Origin: Malacoraja senta
Taxonomy: Eukaryota
Assembly (NCBI GenBank): GCA_038087875.1
Contig: JAXLNO010000529.1
Location: 248,001 to 312,000, forward strand
Length of the DNA: 64,000 nt
Direction of reading: 5' to 3'
Position 1 is the first letter of the stretch. Each line of letters starts with the position of its first letter. The notes under the pieces were generated by a model that saw nothing but the letters and a program-made list of their open reading frames with translations, was not told the origin of the DNA and made no database searches. Below, one piece after another: positions 10,136 to 21,981 of the stretch. The position numbers were made by a program, and so were the translations under genes.

Positions 10136-13100
10136 AAAATGGCCACCATCAGGTTAAGTGGCTTCTCCAGCATGTCTGCCTCCGTGCCCCTTCCTCCCTC
10201 CCTCCCTCCCTCCCAACGGGGCGCTCTCCCAGGGAAGAACCCGGGGTCAGCAGGGCTCCAGGGGTGAGATTAAGGAGGGATTGAAGATTGGCCAACTATG
10301 GAGGTTGACAACAAAATGGCCGCCGGGAAAAGAGGAGCGAGAGAGAGAGATGGAGAGAGAGAGAGGGAGATGGAGAGAGGGAGAGAGAGCGAGAGGGTGG
10401 GAAGGAAGGAGGGGAGGGGAGAGGGGTCGGTGAATAGGCAATCCCCAGACACGCACGCATACACGCCCCCTCCCTCTCTCTACCCCTTCTATCTCTCTCT
10501 CTCCCACGTTCACCATCTATTGTCCTCTCATTTCCCCAAAGAGTCATGTTCCCCCCATCCCCCTCTCTCTCTTCCCCCTCCCCCCCACCCTTCACCACCG
10601 CCATTTTAGCTACTGGCAGCCAGAAGTCAATGAGTGTGAAGCCGGGGGCGGACATTTTGGATGCTGGCATTTACCTGTGGTGCTGCAGGTGGCCATCTTC
10701 TCTACAGGCAGTCTGCCATTGCAGTCCATTGGGAGTGAAGCCCTGGGCATCCATCTTAGCTACTGGCAGTCTTCCATTGAAGTCAATGGTAGCGATGCCC
10801 AGGGAGGCGGCCATCTTTGGTCAAGGCACTTCCATTGAAGTCAAAGGGACGTGAAGTTCTGGACGGCCATCGTAGTTACTGGCAGCCTTCATTTTTTTTC
10901 TCTGTCTCGTTCCCTCTTTCTTTCTCTCCCCTTCTCTGGCTTCCTCTTCTCCTTCTTTTCTCTCTCTCTTTTCCCTCTCTTTGCTGATGAGTGTGAGTGT
11001 GTACACGTGGATGAAAGGGAGATGAAATGGTGATGAGATGGGGAGAGAGAAAGGGCGAGAGAGATGGGGGGGATAGAGGGGGGGAGGGAGGGAGTGTGTG
11101 TGAGAGAAAGAGAGTGTGTGTGCATGAGAGAGAGAGAGAGAGCGTGTGTGTGTGAGAGAGAGGGAGCGTGTGTGTGTGAGAGAGGGAGTGTGTGTGTGTG
11201 TGTGAGAGGGAGCGTGTGTGTGAGCAGGGCTCTCGCTTAACTTTTTTCCCCTGTTGCCAGCCGGGCAGCCTTGGCAGCTTTTTAGGTTGCCAAATGACAG
11301 TTTAGGTGGTCATGATATTTTTAAGGCCTTGGACAGAGTGGATATGGCGAGGATGTTTCCACTAGTGGGAGAGTCTAGGACCAGAGGTCACAGCCTCAGA
11401 ATTCAAGGACGTCCCTTCAGGAAGGAAACGAGGAGGAATTTCTTTAGCCAGAGGGTGGTGAATCTGTGGGATTCGTTGCCACAGACGGCGGTGGAGGCCA
11501 CAAGTCAGTGGGGATTGATATTTAAGGCAAAGATAGATAGATTGTTGATTAGTGCGGGTGTCAGTGGTTATGGGGAGAAGGCAGGAGGATGGTGTTAGGA
11601 GGGGGAGAGAGATCGGCCGTGATTGAATGGCGGGGTGGACTCGATGGGCCGAATGGCCTAATTCTACTCCTAGAACTTACGATCTTAGAAGAGAGGGAGG
11701 GAGGAAGAGAGGGGGGAGAGGGGAACGGAGGGGAGAGGAGGAGAGGGGTCGACTCTCAGAATCTTTTTACGCCAGGCTGGAAATGTCCAAGACTAGTTGG
11801 TATCGCTGTAAGGAGAGAGGGGGAAAGATTAATGGGGATGCGCGGGGCAGTGGTGGGGGCCTCATGTGCCTGACCTGGGGAGGTGGTGGAGGCAGATATG
11901 ACGGGTGTTTAAGAAGCTTTTAGGTGGGCATGTGGAAGTGGAGGGGAGAGAGGGATATGGATCATGTACAGGCAGATGAGAGTTTAACTTGGCGTCATGT
12001 TCGGCACAAACATTGTGGGCCGAAGGGCCCGTTCCTGTGCTGTACTGCCCTACGTTCTAACCATCCAATCACCAACTAAAATGGCCACCATCAGGTTAAG
12101 TGGCTTCTCCAGCATGTCTGCCTCCGTGCCCCTCCCTTCCTCCCTCCCTCCCTCCCAACGGGGCGCTCTCCCAGGGAAGAACCCGGGGTCAGCAGGGCTC
12201 CAGGGGTGAGATTAAGGAGGGATTGAAGATTGGCCAACTATGGAGGTTGACAACAAAATGGCCGCCGGGAAAAGAGGAGCGAGAGAGAGAGATGGAGAGA
12301 GAGAGAGGGAGATGGAGAGAGGGAGAGAGAGCGAGAGGGTGGGAAGGAAGGAGGGGAGGGGAGAGGGGTTGGTGAATAGGCAATCCCCAGACACGCACGC
12401 ATACACGCCCCCTCCCTCTCTCTACCCCTTCTATCTCTCTCTCTCCCACGTTCACCATCTATTCTCCTCTCATTTCCCCAAAGAGTCATGTTCCCCCCAT
12501 CCCCCTCTCTCTCTTCCCCCTCCCCCCCACCCTTCACCACCGCCATTTTAGCTACTGGCAGCCAGAAGTCAATGAGTGTGAAGCCGGGGGCGGACATTTT
12601 GGATGCTGGCATTTACCTGTGGTGCTGCAGGTGGCCATCTTCTCTACAGGCAGTCTGCCATTGCAGTCCATTGGGAGTGAAGCCCTGGGCATCCATCTTA
12701 GCTACTGGCAGTCTTCCATTGAAGTCAATGGTAGCGATGCCCAGGGAGGCGGCCATCTTTGGTCAAGGCACTTCCATTGAAGTCAAAGGGACGTGAAGTT
12801 CTGGACGGCCATCGTAGTTACTGGCAGCCTTCATTTTTTTTCTCTGTCTCGTTCCCTCTTTCTTTCTCTCCCCTTCTCTGGCTTCCTCTTCTCCTTCTTT
12901 TCTCTCTCTCTTTTCCCTCTCTTTGCTGATGAGTGTGAGTGTGTACACGTGGATGAAAGGGAGATGAAATGGTGATGAGATGGGGAGAGAGAAAGGGCGA
13001 GAGAGATGGGGGGGATAGAGGGGGGGATAGAGGGGGGGAGGGAGGGAGTGTGTGTGAGAGAAAGAGAGTGTGTGTGCATGAGAGAGAGAGAGAGCGTGTG

Positions 13101-14027
13101 TGTGTGAGAGAGAGGGAGCGTGTGTGTGTGAGAGAGGGAGTGTGTGTGTGTGTGTGTGAGAGGGAGCGTGTGTGTGAGCAGGGCTCTCGCTTAACTTTTT
13201 TTCCCTGTTGCCAGCCGGGCAGCCTTGGCAGCTTTTTAGGTTGCCAAATGACAGTTTAGGTGGTCATGATATTTTTAAGGCCTTGGACAGAGTGGATATG
13301 GCGAGGATGTTTCCACTAGTGGGAGAGTCTAGGACCAGAGGTCACAGCCTCAGAATTCAAGGACGTCCAGGAAGGAAACGAGGAGGAATTTCTTTAGCCA
13401 GAGGGTGGTGAATCTGTGGGATTCGTTGCCACAGACGGCGGTGGAGGCCACAAGTCAGTGGGGATTGATATTTAAGGCAAAGATAGATAGATTGTTGATT
13501 AGTGCGGGTGTCAGGGGTTATGGGGAGAAGGCAGGAGGATGGGGTTAGGAGGGGGAGAGAGATCGGCCGTGATTGAATGGCGGGGTGGACTCGATGGGCC
13601 GAATGGCCTAATTCTACTCCTAGAACTTACGATCTTAGAAGAGAGGGAGGGAGGAAGAGAGGGGGGAGAGGGGAACGGAGGGGAGAGGAGGAGAGGGGTC
13701 GACTCTCAGAATCTTTTTACGCCAGGCTGGAAATGTCCAAGACTAGTTGGTATCGCTGTAAGGAGAGAGGGGGAAAGATTAATGGGAATGCGCGGGGCAG
13801 TGGTGGGGGCCTCATGTGCCTGACCTGGGGAGGTGGTGGAGGCAGATATGACGGGTGTTTAAGAAGCTTTTAGGTGGGCATGTGGAAGTGGAGGGGAGAG
13901 AGGGATATGGATCATGTACAGGCAGATGAGAGTTTAACTTGGCGTCATGTTCGGCACAAACATTGTGGGCCGAAGGGCCCGTTCCTGTGCTGTACTGCCC
14001 TACGTTCTAACCATCCAATCACCAACT
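10136..14027. repeat. Tandem duplication of ~1.94-1.95-kb units (10136-12077 and 12078-14027)
   Basis: Near-identical sequence and ORF translations offset by 1942-1950 bp, with a few indels and SNPs; a partial extra copy lies at ~10020-10145. Confidence 0.95.
11313..11685 (+). mobile_element. CR1 3' fragment (duplicated at ~13265-13635)
   Basis: FPLVGESRTRGHSLRI...FFSQRVVNLWDSLP followed by 3' UTR. Confidence 0.85.
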
Positions 14028-14029
14028 AG

Positions 14030-14365
14030 AGAGCAGACCCCACCTACCATCTACTGCATTGGCAGATGTTTTCTGCCGCTCACCTCCGGCGACAAACTCT
14101 TTGAATCACTTCTTTCTGGGAGGCGACTCCGGACTATCAAAGCTGCTACAGTCAGACATAAAACAGCTTTTTCCCACGAGCAGTAACTATTCAACAGCCA
14201 AAAGACCGTAGCCTCTTTTTACTCCGGTATTTATTTTCACATGTTTGAATTATAATATTTTATTTTTTATTGTCTACAGAATATCTTGTTGTTACCTGCG
14301 AGCAAAGCACCAATGTAAATGCCTTGGATGTGGACCTACTTGGCTAATAACATTTTTATTCATTC
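14030..14365 (+). mobile_element. Rex1/Babar-like LINE 3' remnant
   Basis: KLFESLLSGRRLRTIKA...; (ATTC)n tail. Confidence 0.6.
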
Positions 14366-14384
14366 ATTATTATTCATTGAAGAC

Positions 14385-14668
14385 AATAGACAATAGGTGC
14401 AGGAGTAGGCCATTCTGCCCCTCGAGCCAGCACCGCTATTCACCGTGATCATGCCAATCATCCACAATTAATACCCTGTTCCTGCCTTCTCCCTATATCC
14501 CTTGACGCCGCTATCTTTAAGAGCTCTGTCCAGTTCTCGCTTGAAAGCATTCAGAGAATCGGCTTCCACCACCATCTGCGGCAGAGAATTTCACAGACTC
14601 TCAACACTCTGTGTGAAAAAGTTTTTCCTCATCTCCGTTCTAAATAAATTACCCCTTATTCTTAAACT
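14385..14668 (-). mobile_element. CR1 3' fragment
   Basis: Homologous to 4906-5195. Confidence 0.85.
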
Positions 14669-15264
14669 ATCCCTCAGACTATCTTTAATCAGACTTTACC
14701 TTGCACTAATCGGTATTCCCTTAATCCTATATCTGTACACTGTGGATGGGTTGATTGTAATCCTGTATTGTCCTTCCACTAACTGGTTAGCACACAACAA
14801 AAAAAGCTTTACACTGTACCTCTCCCTGTAGCTGAAGCCCTCTAATCCAGCAGTATTCTGGGAGAACATTTTGTTTTCATAAAGTTAGAACAGTCTCGTC
14901 GTAAAACATTTTGTGGTTGAAACGTCAGGCTGGGACACTTGCACCCCGCTGAGTTACTCCAGCACTTTGCATCTTTTTTAAAAAGTATGCAGGCATCTAC
15001 AGTTCCTCATGGCTGTGTTTTCATTTTTTTAGTACGCGCCGACCAGCGATAACCTGTTCACTAGGTCTACCCTACTCACTGGGGGGAATTTTCAGAATTA
15101 ATCTACACACCTGCACATCTTTGGAATGTGGGAGGAAATCGGAGCACCCGGAGAAAACACACACAGTCACAGAGAGAACGTACAAACTCTAGTCCCACCT
15201 GCCTGAATTTGGCCCATGTCCCTCTCAACCTTTCCAGACCTGTCAAAATGTATTTTAAATCAAA

Positions 15265-15410
15265 GATAAGAAACAAAATGCTGGAGTAACTCAGCGAGAC
15301 GGGCAGCATCTCTGGCGAGAAGGAATGGGTGACGTTTCATGTTGAGACCCTTCTTCAGAGTGATGACGAGAGTGGCCACAGAGATAAAATGTAGTCAGAG
15401 ACAGTGAGAA
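15265..15410 (-). mobile_element. Penelope-derived repeat truncated by the ERV-B LTR
   Basis: ATGCTGGAGTAACTCAGCG family; minus strand CTGAAGAAGGGTCTCAACATGAAACGTC at 15331-15358. Confidence 0.65.
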
Positions 15411-16954
15411 TGTTAAACTGAGTTATTTTGTCAATCTAAAGTCAAGAAAACTTGACTCAAATGCTTGTAGCTGTTGGAATTGATTCTTTATTCAGTAATG
15501 AGACAATTCTTTGAACCTTCCAACACAGAGCTAGAAGCTCCGGGGCAGCTCCAAAGTATTTGTGTTTTTGATACAAACTCATTGCTTTATATAGGTATTT
15601 AGACATTTCAAATACAGAGGGTAGGACAACTGAGTCCTTTTGGTGATTTACAACATCAGTCACAGGATATCCCCTTTCCTGACGTCTTTTTACAATCTTT
15701 GTTTGTCTATGGTATAACTCTATAACTGTTTTAGAATTATTTTATTTCAACACAGCAAAACCCCTGTAGGCTTTTATCAAAGACCACTCTTCAAAATATA
15801 AGATACATACAATGATCACTCAAGTCATACACACTTTCTATACCAAGAGAAAAGATATTTCTATAAATCTAAACAATTTCTCTAAGTCTAAAGTGTACCT
15901 TTCTACTAAGACAATACATTGCATAATTGGTGTTACTATAATTTTACACATTTTGAAATACCATTGTCTTTGAAATACCTAAGTCTTTAAAACATTAATT
16001 ATATAAGTTTGCTGAATTACAGTTTCTAAGTTCAAAACGCACATTTCCATCTCCCATCCAAAGATACATGGGTCGTAAATCTGTCAATTTAGTTAATATG
16101 AGTTTGGTGCCTTTCCTGTTATCGGGAAACAGGATTTCAAATCTCATGTACCAGACAGAACACAAGGTACAAGGTACAACCCAGACCATTACGTCAGAAT
16201 TCCATCTGCTTCAACCTTCTATAAACAACTCCCTCAATCTAATTATTTCTCAAAGCAACTATTCCTTCACTTACATCTTATTCCTTATCACACTCATTAT
16301 AATTTTACACAGCCAAGGCTAACTGCAGTCTATCATCTCTCAGCCTTGAATTCTGTCTCAAACCTAGCATAACAAGCCATAACTCTTCACGTTTATGTCA
16401 CATTCAGAGCTCAAAAATGTGCCATAGAGACAGAGCAGATGGCCTAAGAAGAGGCCCCTTATTCAGCTTCCCATTCTTCAACACAAAGCCATATCAAATA
16501 CAATTTCCTCCAGTGCTATAATTGCCCCCAAACAATAACCTAAGCTAAGCAGGTTCAGGTTCAGGCCTCCATGTTTTGATTCATCTTTGCCTGTGTGTAT
16601 GTGTCAGTTTGCACTTTATTTCAGTTCAGGGAAACTTTAAGCTTTTCTTTTGCAATTCACCTAGCTTATATAAAAGTCTCTATCCAAGCCGTTCTATTTG
16701 TATAATATTTCCTCATTCCTCACTCTGGTCATTCTATGACCACTAATAGGATAATAACACAAGGCAGAGATTCATCAGCATTGGCTTATTAGTCATCCAA
16801 GTTTATACCTAACCTCGAGATGCTTTATAGCCCCAAAAACCTGGACCACGTAGGTCAGCAGGCTGGCTTGTTGACACCAATGCTGTTCCCTACTTCTCTG
16901 CTGTGCTTCCAACCCTAGCCCTTATGGTGCTCAATTATTCTGGACTTAATAACA
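15411..16954 (-). mobile_element. ERV-B putative 3' LTR (~1.54 kb)
   Basis: Starts TGTTA immediately after the PPT and ends TAACA; TATATAAA at 15586-15593 and AATAAA at 15487-15492 lie in LTR order; the flank beyond 15411 is an unrelated repeat. Confidence 0.65.
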
Positions 16955-16967
16955 TTCCTCCTTCTCC
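16955..16967 (-). promoter_or_regulatory. Polypurine tract
   Basis: GGAGAAGGAGGAA directly before TG, about 55 bp after the env stop. Confidence 0.65.
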
Positions 16968-17022
16968 ACATTATTAAGTCTATTACACTCCTCCTCCAAC
17001 ATTTCCTTCTCTACCTGCTGGT

Positions 17023-18700
17023 TCACACATCTCTACTTCCATCAGACTCCAACATCGTAATGTCTTCTTCTAGGTGCCGCAATAAGACCTGCCCACCAGT
17101 TTCCACATTACCCAAGGCTGTCATTAGTCTGGTGATGATACATTTAACAATAGCAATTCCCACTAACAAACACATGGTCACTATTGCTGCATTTATGGCC
17201 ATGCTGATGATCCAATTATATAATCCCTCAAAACCCCAGTTTCCCCATCCAACACCCTCCTTCATTCCATCAAGCAGGGTAGTAATGTCCTCTTGATGTT
17301 TGGTGATATTACTAATTCTATCCTGAACTCCCATCATACATTTTTCTTTTACAATAGCACACGTCCCTCCCTCACGGGCCAACAGATAATCTAAGGCATA
17401 TCTATTCTGTAAAGAGAACAGACGCATTTCTGATAGTTGGGTTTTTATTGCCTCCAAGGCGCCAGTAGTGGCATTTCCCAAAATGGTTAGTCCACAAATC
17501 ATATAGTTTCGATGTTTTGCTGCCAACCCTCCCCCTACACCTCTGAAAGTAAGCAGGCTTAGTACTCCCCATCCCGCAGCATCCCACCTAGATGTTCCCA
17601 TTGTAGTTGGGTTTCTCCAATTGGCACAGAATTCGGCGGATATTGCCCTGCGCAGAGTCCTTTGGTTTTGTCGGGACCAACTCTCTGGGCAGGGAACGGT
17701 GGTGGGGACAAGGGTCCCGATTGCTACGTTCTTTGGAAAATGAGGTTTTAGCACATTGATCCCTTTGCCATTGAAAAAGAAGTAATACCCTTCCTCAGTG
17801 TATATGAACCATGACAGTCCATGCGTGTATTAATCACCTCGCCACCCTTTGCCCAGTCCATCCAATTGCTTGAAATCCAATTGGTGTATCTTGGGATGGG
17901 CAAGTGATAGAATCCTACAGTTAGATGGGTTCCATTGGCCCACCCACAAAGCATTTGAAACCCTGCAGAGACTGGGACGCATCTTTTGGGAATGGTGCAT
18001 TGGATGCCCTTAGATGTGCTGTTGCAACTAGGTTGTCGTGGGGTTCGTACTATGCACGTAATGTTGGAAGGGACGTCAACAACTATGCACCCGTATCCCT
18101 GGTTAGTGAAGCATCATCCGTATTGTCTATTGTCGGTGTTAGGGGTAAAGTTACACGGCATTAGTGGTTCTACTCTGGTACCCGAAGAGTTTTGACAGCC
18201 TGGGTATGAATGCTTATTGTCGCCAGGTAATGGCAAACAGTTAGCTGGTGGGGCTAAGAACTCGTCATAATAGATGGTGACAGCTTTGACCGGAACTGGC
18301 ATCTCATCATGACACTTTACTAATCGTTAAATCCTTCCCCACTCAGGAGATACTGTAAATAGGCTAATAACAGATTTCATAGCGGGGTAACACACAACTT
18401 GCCCTTTACCAAATAATTCATTATGGGCCCGTATAAACACGTTAGTGTCTTTTTCTTCAAATTCTCCCTTTTCCCGTATTTGTTGTTCGGTTCTGTCCTT
18501 CGGAGCCCCGGGTGGACCTGTAATGCTACTTGATAACGTAGACCATCATACAAGTGTTTATTTAGAGTTCGGTCCTCCCCGGAGTTCCTCCTGCAAGATA
18601 AGTCAACCCTGTATATCCGGTACCCACATGGAAACTCCCAGAGTGACAGATCAATTAGGTAGAGGCTTCAGTTAGTCTGTTGCATTTTGCCATGGCAGTA
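17023..18700 (-). pseudogene. env: ERV-B envelope (gamma-type); TM part open at 17023-17754, SU frameshifted
   Basis: Furin-like RTLRR, fusion peptide, immunosuppressive domain LQNRYALDYLLAREGGTC, CX6C, transmembrane helix; upstream SU fragments lie in several frames. The 5' limit is approximate. Confidence 0.88.
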
Positions 18701-19054
18701 GTTAATTTTAATTATGTTCCATCTTCCGAGGACTTCTGGGCCTCTACGTTGTACAACATCTCCTTTGCAGAGGTGAAATATCCTATATGCGTGTCCTGGG
18801 ACACATCGTCGAATCTCTCCTTTATTTCCCTCTGTCTGCAGAAGCATTAGGTTGCATGGCAGGATAATTCGCCTCATTTGAATTTATCTGCAAATGAATG
18901 GAAAGGCTTACAAAAAGTTCATTTCTTACTTAATTGACTTAATCAACTATTCACTCAAGTTAACCATCCTTCAGTCAGTCAGTCCAGTAATCAGTCGCAT
19001 ATTCTTAACCATATAGCAAAATAAGGATTCAAAATTAAACTTAGAATGCTACAA

Positions 19055-20637
19055 CTAAACGTATAATGATACAACTAAACTTATAATGATACAACTCCCA
19101 AGCAAAGCAGCAATGTAAAAACTAAAAACTCTGAGTTGAAAATAAAATGACTCTTCTCCCCCCTTATGATTGGGCTCCCCAATCAGTTTGCAGTGGTGCA
19201 GATGAACCCATGCAGCACGACCCTCGACCTTGGCAGCGGTTGGAGTGGTGAGGAGGACCTGGAAGGGACCATCCCAACGTGAGTCCAAATGCTTACGCTT
19301 CCAGTTCCTGACCAGCACATAGCAACATGTCTGAATATTAGATGGAACTTTGAGCGCTGGCGCCTCACCATTTGCAGCCCTGACCTGTGAATGAGAAGTT
19401 CGCAAAGCACGGGTTAAATTTAATACATAGGATGTCATTTCCTCAGTCATCTGGTAGAAATGGACCGCTGCGGGGGAATGGAAATGGACCGCCTGGTCAT
19501 TCCATGGCATCCGTAAAGGTCGACCATATATTATTTCCGCAGGCGTCAGTCGTGCCGTACCAGAAGGAGTGGTCTGTATCTGAAAAAGAGCTACAGGAAG
19601 CAGTTTAAACCACGTTAAGCCAGTCTGTGCCACTAATTTAGCTAATTTGGTTTTCAAAGTCTGATTTGCCCGTTCCACCATCCGGCGGCCTGAGGTCTAT
19701 ATACACAATGGAGCTGTTGATGTATCTGTAATTGTTGGCACATTTCTTTGTTTACTGCAGCAATAAAATGAGGACCTTTATCGGAACTTAAACGCGCAGG
19801 AACACCGAATCGCGGTATGATTTCGCGTAACAATATTTTTACAATGGTAGACGCCTTATTGTCAGTGGTCAGGTATGCATCAATCCATTTACTGAAAACA
19901 TCGACAATTACAAGAACATACTTATAACACTGACACCTTTTCAACTCAATGTAGTCCATTTACAAGGTATCAAATGGACCTGCTGGTAAAGGGGTCTTAC
20001 CTGGTTCACAGGGCAAGCCTTTACCTGGATTATGCTGCTGGCAAATCAGACATCGCTGGCTGACACGCTGGGCCAAGTCCAGAAGTTTTGGATGCCACCA
20101 GGTGTCTAAAAGCATATCATTTCCGGCCTTGGCACCACAATGAGTTGCAAAGTGTACACATTCAATAATCCATAACGCAAGTTCATCAGACATGCAAGTC
20201 TGGCCTGCAGGCGTAACCCATAAGCTAGTGACAGGATCAAACACACAGCCCTGGTCCTGCCACAGTTGTTTTACCTGTGCAGGAGCGTCCTCCTGTATTT
20301 GAAGTACTTCCTGGATGGTTGGCATTCCTTTTTCCGGGGGAGACTGATTCTTACTGGAATTTTTAGTCTGCCTCATCATTCGGGGCACAACAACCTGGTT
20401 AGTCGAAGAAGCTTTTTTTAGCGGCACCATCCGCAAGGCGATTGCCGATATCTATAGGGCTCTGGCCTGATGTGTGGGCACGAACTTTAATAACTGCAAG
20501 CTGACTGGGCAATTGGATTGCCTGTAAAAGGTTGGAAACTAACTTCTGGTGTGAAATAACTGTTCCTGATGAGGTCAGGAAGCCTCGATTTTTCCACAAT
20601 TGCCCATAATCGTGAACGACTCCGAAAGCATACTGTA
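19055..20637 (-). pseudogene. pol: ERV-B pol remnant: RNase H and integrase (class I, epsilon/gamma-like)
   Basis: RNase H WKNRGFLTS...VIKVRAH...GNRLAD; HHCC zinc finger; core MDYI...SSDKGPHF...VERANQTL; C-terminal WDGPFQV. Stops and frameshifts are present. Confidence 0.93.
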
Positions 20638-20639
20638 AA

Positions 20640-21000
20640 TCAGTGTAAATATTTTACCTTATTACAGACACTAAGATTATTGTCAGATAATTTAAAATCA
20701 GGAAATGTTAGACATTTATCCTCTTTGGTTCTACAGATCATAACAGCATTCTTACTAGCATTATATTTAATGTCATGTTCCACACCATACACAGAACATA
20801 TAGTATGGAGCTGCTGGAGACCAGCGCTAGATGGACTAAAGATCACAAGATCATCTGCATACATAATATGGTTCAGTAAAATATTACCAATCACGCACCC
20901 AGTGTTACAGGCCTTCAATTGTTTAGACAGATCATCAATATATAGATTAAAAAGGTCTGGGGACAAAATTCCCCCTTGTCTAACACCATTGGTATCCCCA
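20640..21000 (-). mobile_element. RTE/RTE-X-like LINE RT fragment
   Basis: NGVRQGGILSPDLFNLYIDDL...HIMYADDLV...VKYL; truncates ERV-B pol. Confidence 0.75.
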
Positions 21001-21002
21001 AA

Positions 21003-21240
21003 TGGATAAGTCCCATTAGGGTCTTTTTACCCTTACACTTCCTTAGTTCTATCCATACTGACTCCACATCTCCTGTTTCAATGTCACCCCTTGCAAGGGA
21101 CTGAATTTCATTCCTCACCAACAGAGCTACCCCAGCCCCTCTGCCCACCTGTCTGTCTATTCTATAGGAGATATATCCTTGAATATTCAGTTCCCATCAC
21201 CAGCCCTCTTGCAGCCATGTCTCTGTAATTCCAACAACAA
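21003..21240 (-). mobile_element. CR1 APE endonuclease fragment
   Basis: ITETWL...GRGAGVALLV...VESVWIEL. Confidence 0.8.
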
Positions 21241-21851
21241 GCCGTGCGCATGAGTTTAGTTTTAGATTTAGAGATGCAGAGTGGAAACAGGCCCTTCAGC
21301 GCACCAAGTCTGCGAAGGATATTTAAAATAAAAGGGCTGTTTAAAGTTCACCAGCTGAAACTTTTTATAAAAATCGAATTGGAAGGAAATGTGAAGAATC
21401 ATAATGAAAATGTTACCAAGAGCTGGCATCATTCCGGGGGAGCACATGGTAATTTTGATAACCAATTCGACAGAGATATTTGGGTCTCCAATTCATGGTT
21501 CAAAGATGCAAAAAGTTGGGTCTTCAAGTGAAGCTTTCACTAAGTCAAACCCTATTTTAAAAGAATTTTAAATTAAAAGGAGTCTGCAGATGCTGTAAAC
21601 GAGTTCACGTGGAAGAATAAGCAACGGTTAAACAAGCCAATTTATTTCATTTGAAGTGAAAATGCAATTTATCCAATTTAAACAAGTTTGCCTGAACCAT
21701 GGATATTTGCCCAGCCTCAAAGATTCACGTTTTCTCACCCCATCAATAAAAAAAGCATGATTAGATCAAAACGGAATAGATTATTCTACAGAGGCATCGT
21801 TTAAGACTCGGCTGAATCCAACATTCCTAAAGCACTATCATAATTAACTTG

Positions 21852-21981
21852 TTTAAGAAAGAACTGCACATGCTGGAAAAATCGAAGGTTGACAAAAATG
21901 CTGGAGAAACTCAGCGGATGAGGCAGCATGCATCTAGACGCCGCCTCACCTGCTGAGTTTCTCCAGCATTTTTGTCTACCA
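21852..21981. mobile_element. Penelope-derived fold-back element
   Basis: Inverted arms GACAAAAATGCTGGAGAAACTCAGC / GCTGAGTTTCTCCAGCATTTTTGTC; same family as 4107-4297. Confidence 0.7.

Noticed and set aside
8765..20637. A single provirus spanning gag to env
   Set aside because: On the minus strand the gag part lies downstream of env, and the LTRs differ in length and termini.
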